From assembly GCA_040219735.1 (NCBI GenBank), contig JAVJRX010000129.1: a stretch of 24,000 nt of DNA. One strand, written 5' to 3'. Source of the stretch: Coleofasciculus sp. G1-WW12-02. GTDB lineage: Bacteria; Cyanobacteriota; Cyanobacteriia; Cyanobacteriales; Coleofasciculaceae. Both the position numbers and the translations under genes were made by a program. Under the pieces are notes generated by a model that was not told the DNA's origin, searched no databases, and worked only from the letters and a program-made list of their open reading frames with translations. The first letter of the stretch is position 1, and the number at the start of each line of letters is the position of its first letter. Below are positions 23,779 to 24,000 of the stretch, in pieces.

Positions 23779-24000
23779 CTATTGGTAGATCACAATTGAC
23801 ACTCCCCGGTCTCGCATACACGGGGATTCTGCTGGCAGAGCAGGCTGTGGAAGTTGCCACAATCTAACTCTCGCTACGGTCGTCAAACACCGTCTACCCA
23901 GTCGGTTTAGGTCAATACCTAACTTTCTGGCTACTTTTCTTAAAATATTAGCACTGCCGTTTAAATCAGCATTTACAATTGTGCCATTTCCACTACGGTA
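23779..24000 (-). CDS. tnpB: TnpB (IS200/IS605- or IS607-family OrfB RNA-guided nuclease), C-terminal 73 codons only; the gene enters from the right window edge
   Basis: The minus-strand frame reads YRSGNGTIVNADLNGSANILRKVARKLGIDLNRLGRRCLTTVARVRLWQLPQPALPAESPCIRDRGVSIVIYQ*. The NADLNG.ANIL block is the third RuvC motif typical of the TnpB C-terminus. The stop is at 23779-23781. It is absent from the ORF track because it has no start codon in the window. Confidence 0.75.
   Translation of the reverse strand, partial: YRSGNGTIVNADLNGSANILRKVARKLGIDLNRLGRRCLTTVARVRLWQLPQPALPAESPCMRDRGVSIVIYQ

Overview
This looks like cyanobacterial chromosomal DNA. By eye I count at least 21 copies of the HIP1 octamer GCGATCGC, and there are STRR-like heptamer repeats, ndhS and many small dispersed palindromic repeats. 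A filamentous lineage is my inference only. Most genes are housekeeping or conserved hypotheticals: leuA, an NYN/LabA-like protein, a rhodanese sulfurtransferase, an orphan ShlB/FhaC-type (TpsB) outer-membrane transporter, an MBL-fold hydrolase, ppa, DUF2470, DUF554, a cupin, DUF1232, exbB-exbD, aspA, DUF362 and ndhS. Two genes are truncated by the window edges: a Uma2 endonuclease on the left and the tnpB of an IS200/IS605-type element on the right. The stand-out is a 4.3-kb minus-strand gene (11626-15930) encoding a 1434-aa protein with three tandem TIR modules, one predicted TM helix and 16 nearly identical WD40 repeats. The repeats are encoded by a 123-bp tandem DNA array whose variation is confined to a few codons per unit. 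This gene and a DUF1232 membrane-protein gene sit between same-orientation copies of a composite short repeat, in a repeat-dense and apparently accessory stretch (about 9970-16840). I read it as a candidate membrane-spanning TIR immune/conflict sensor-effector that lacks an NTPase module; this is inference, not demonstrated. Other oddities are intergenic-type repeats carried in frame inside the TpsB gene, low-complexity or tandem-repeat tails on ExbB and ExbD, and a 615-bp structured intergenic region. I recognised no rRNA, tRNA or CRISPR array.
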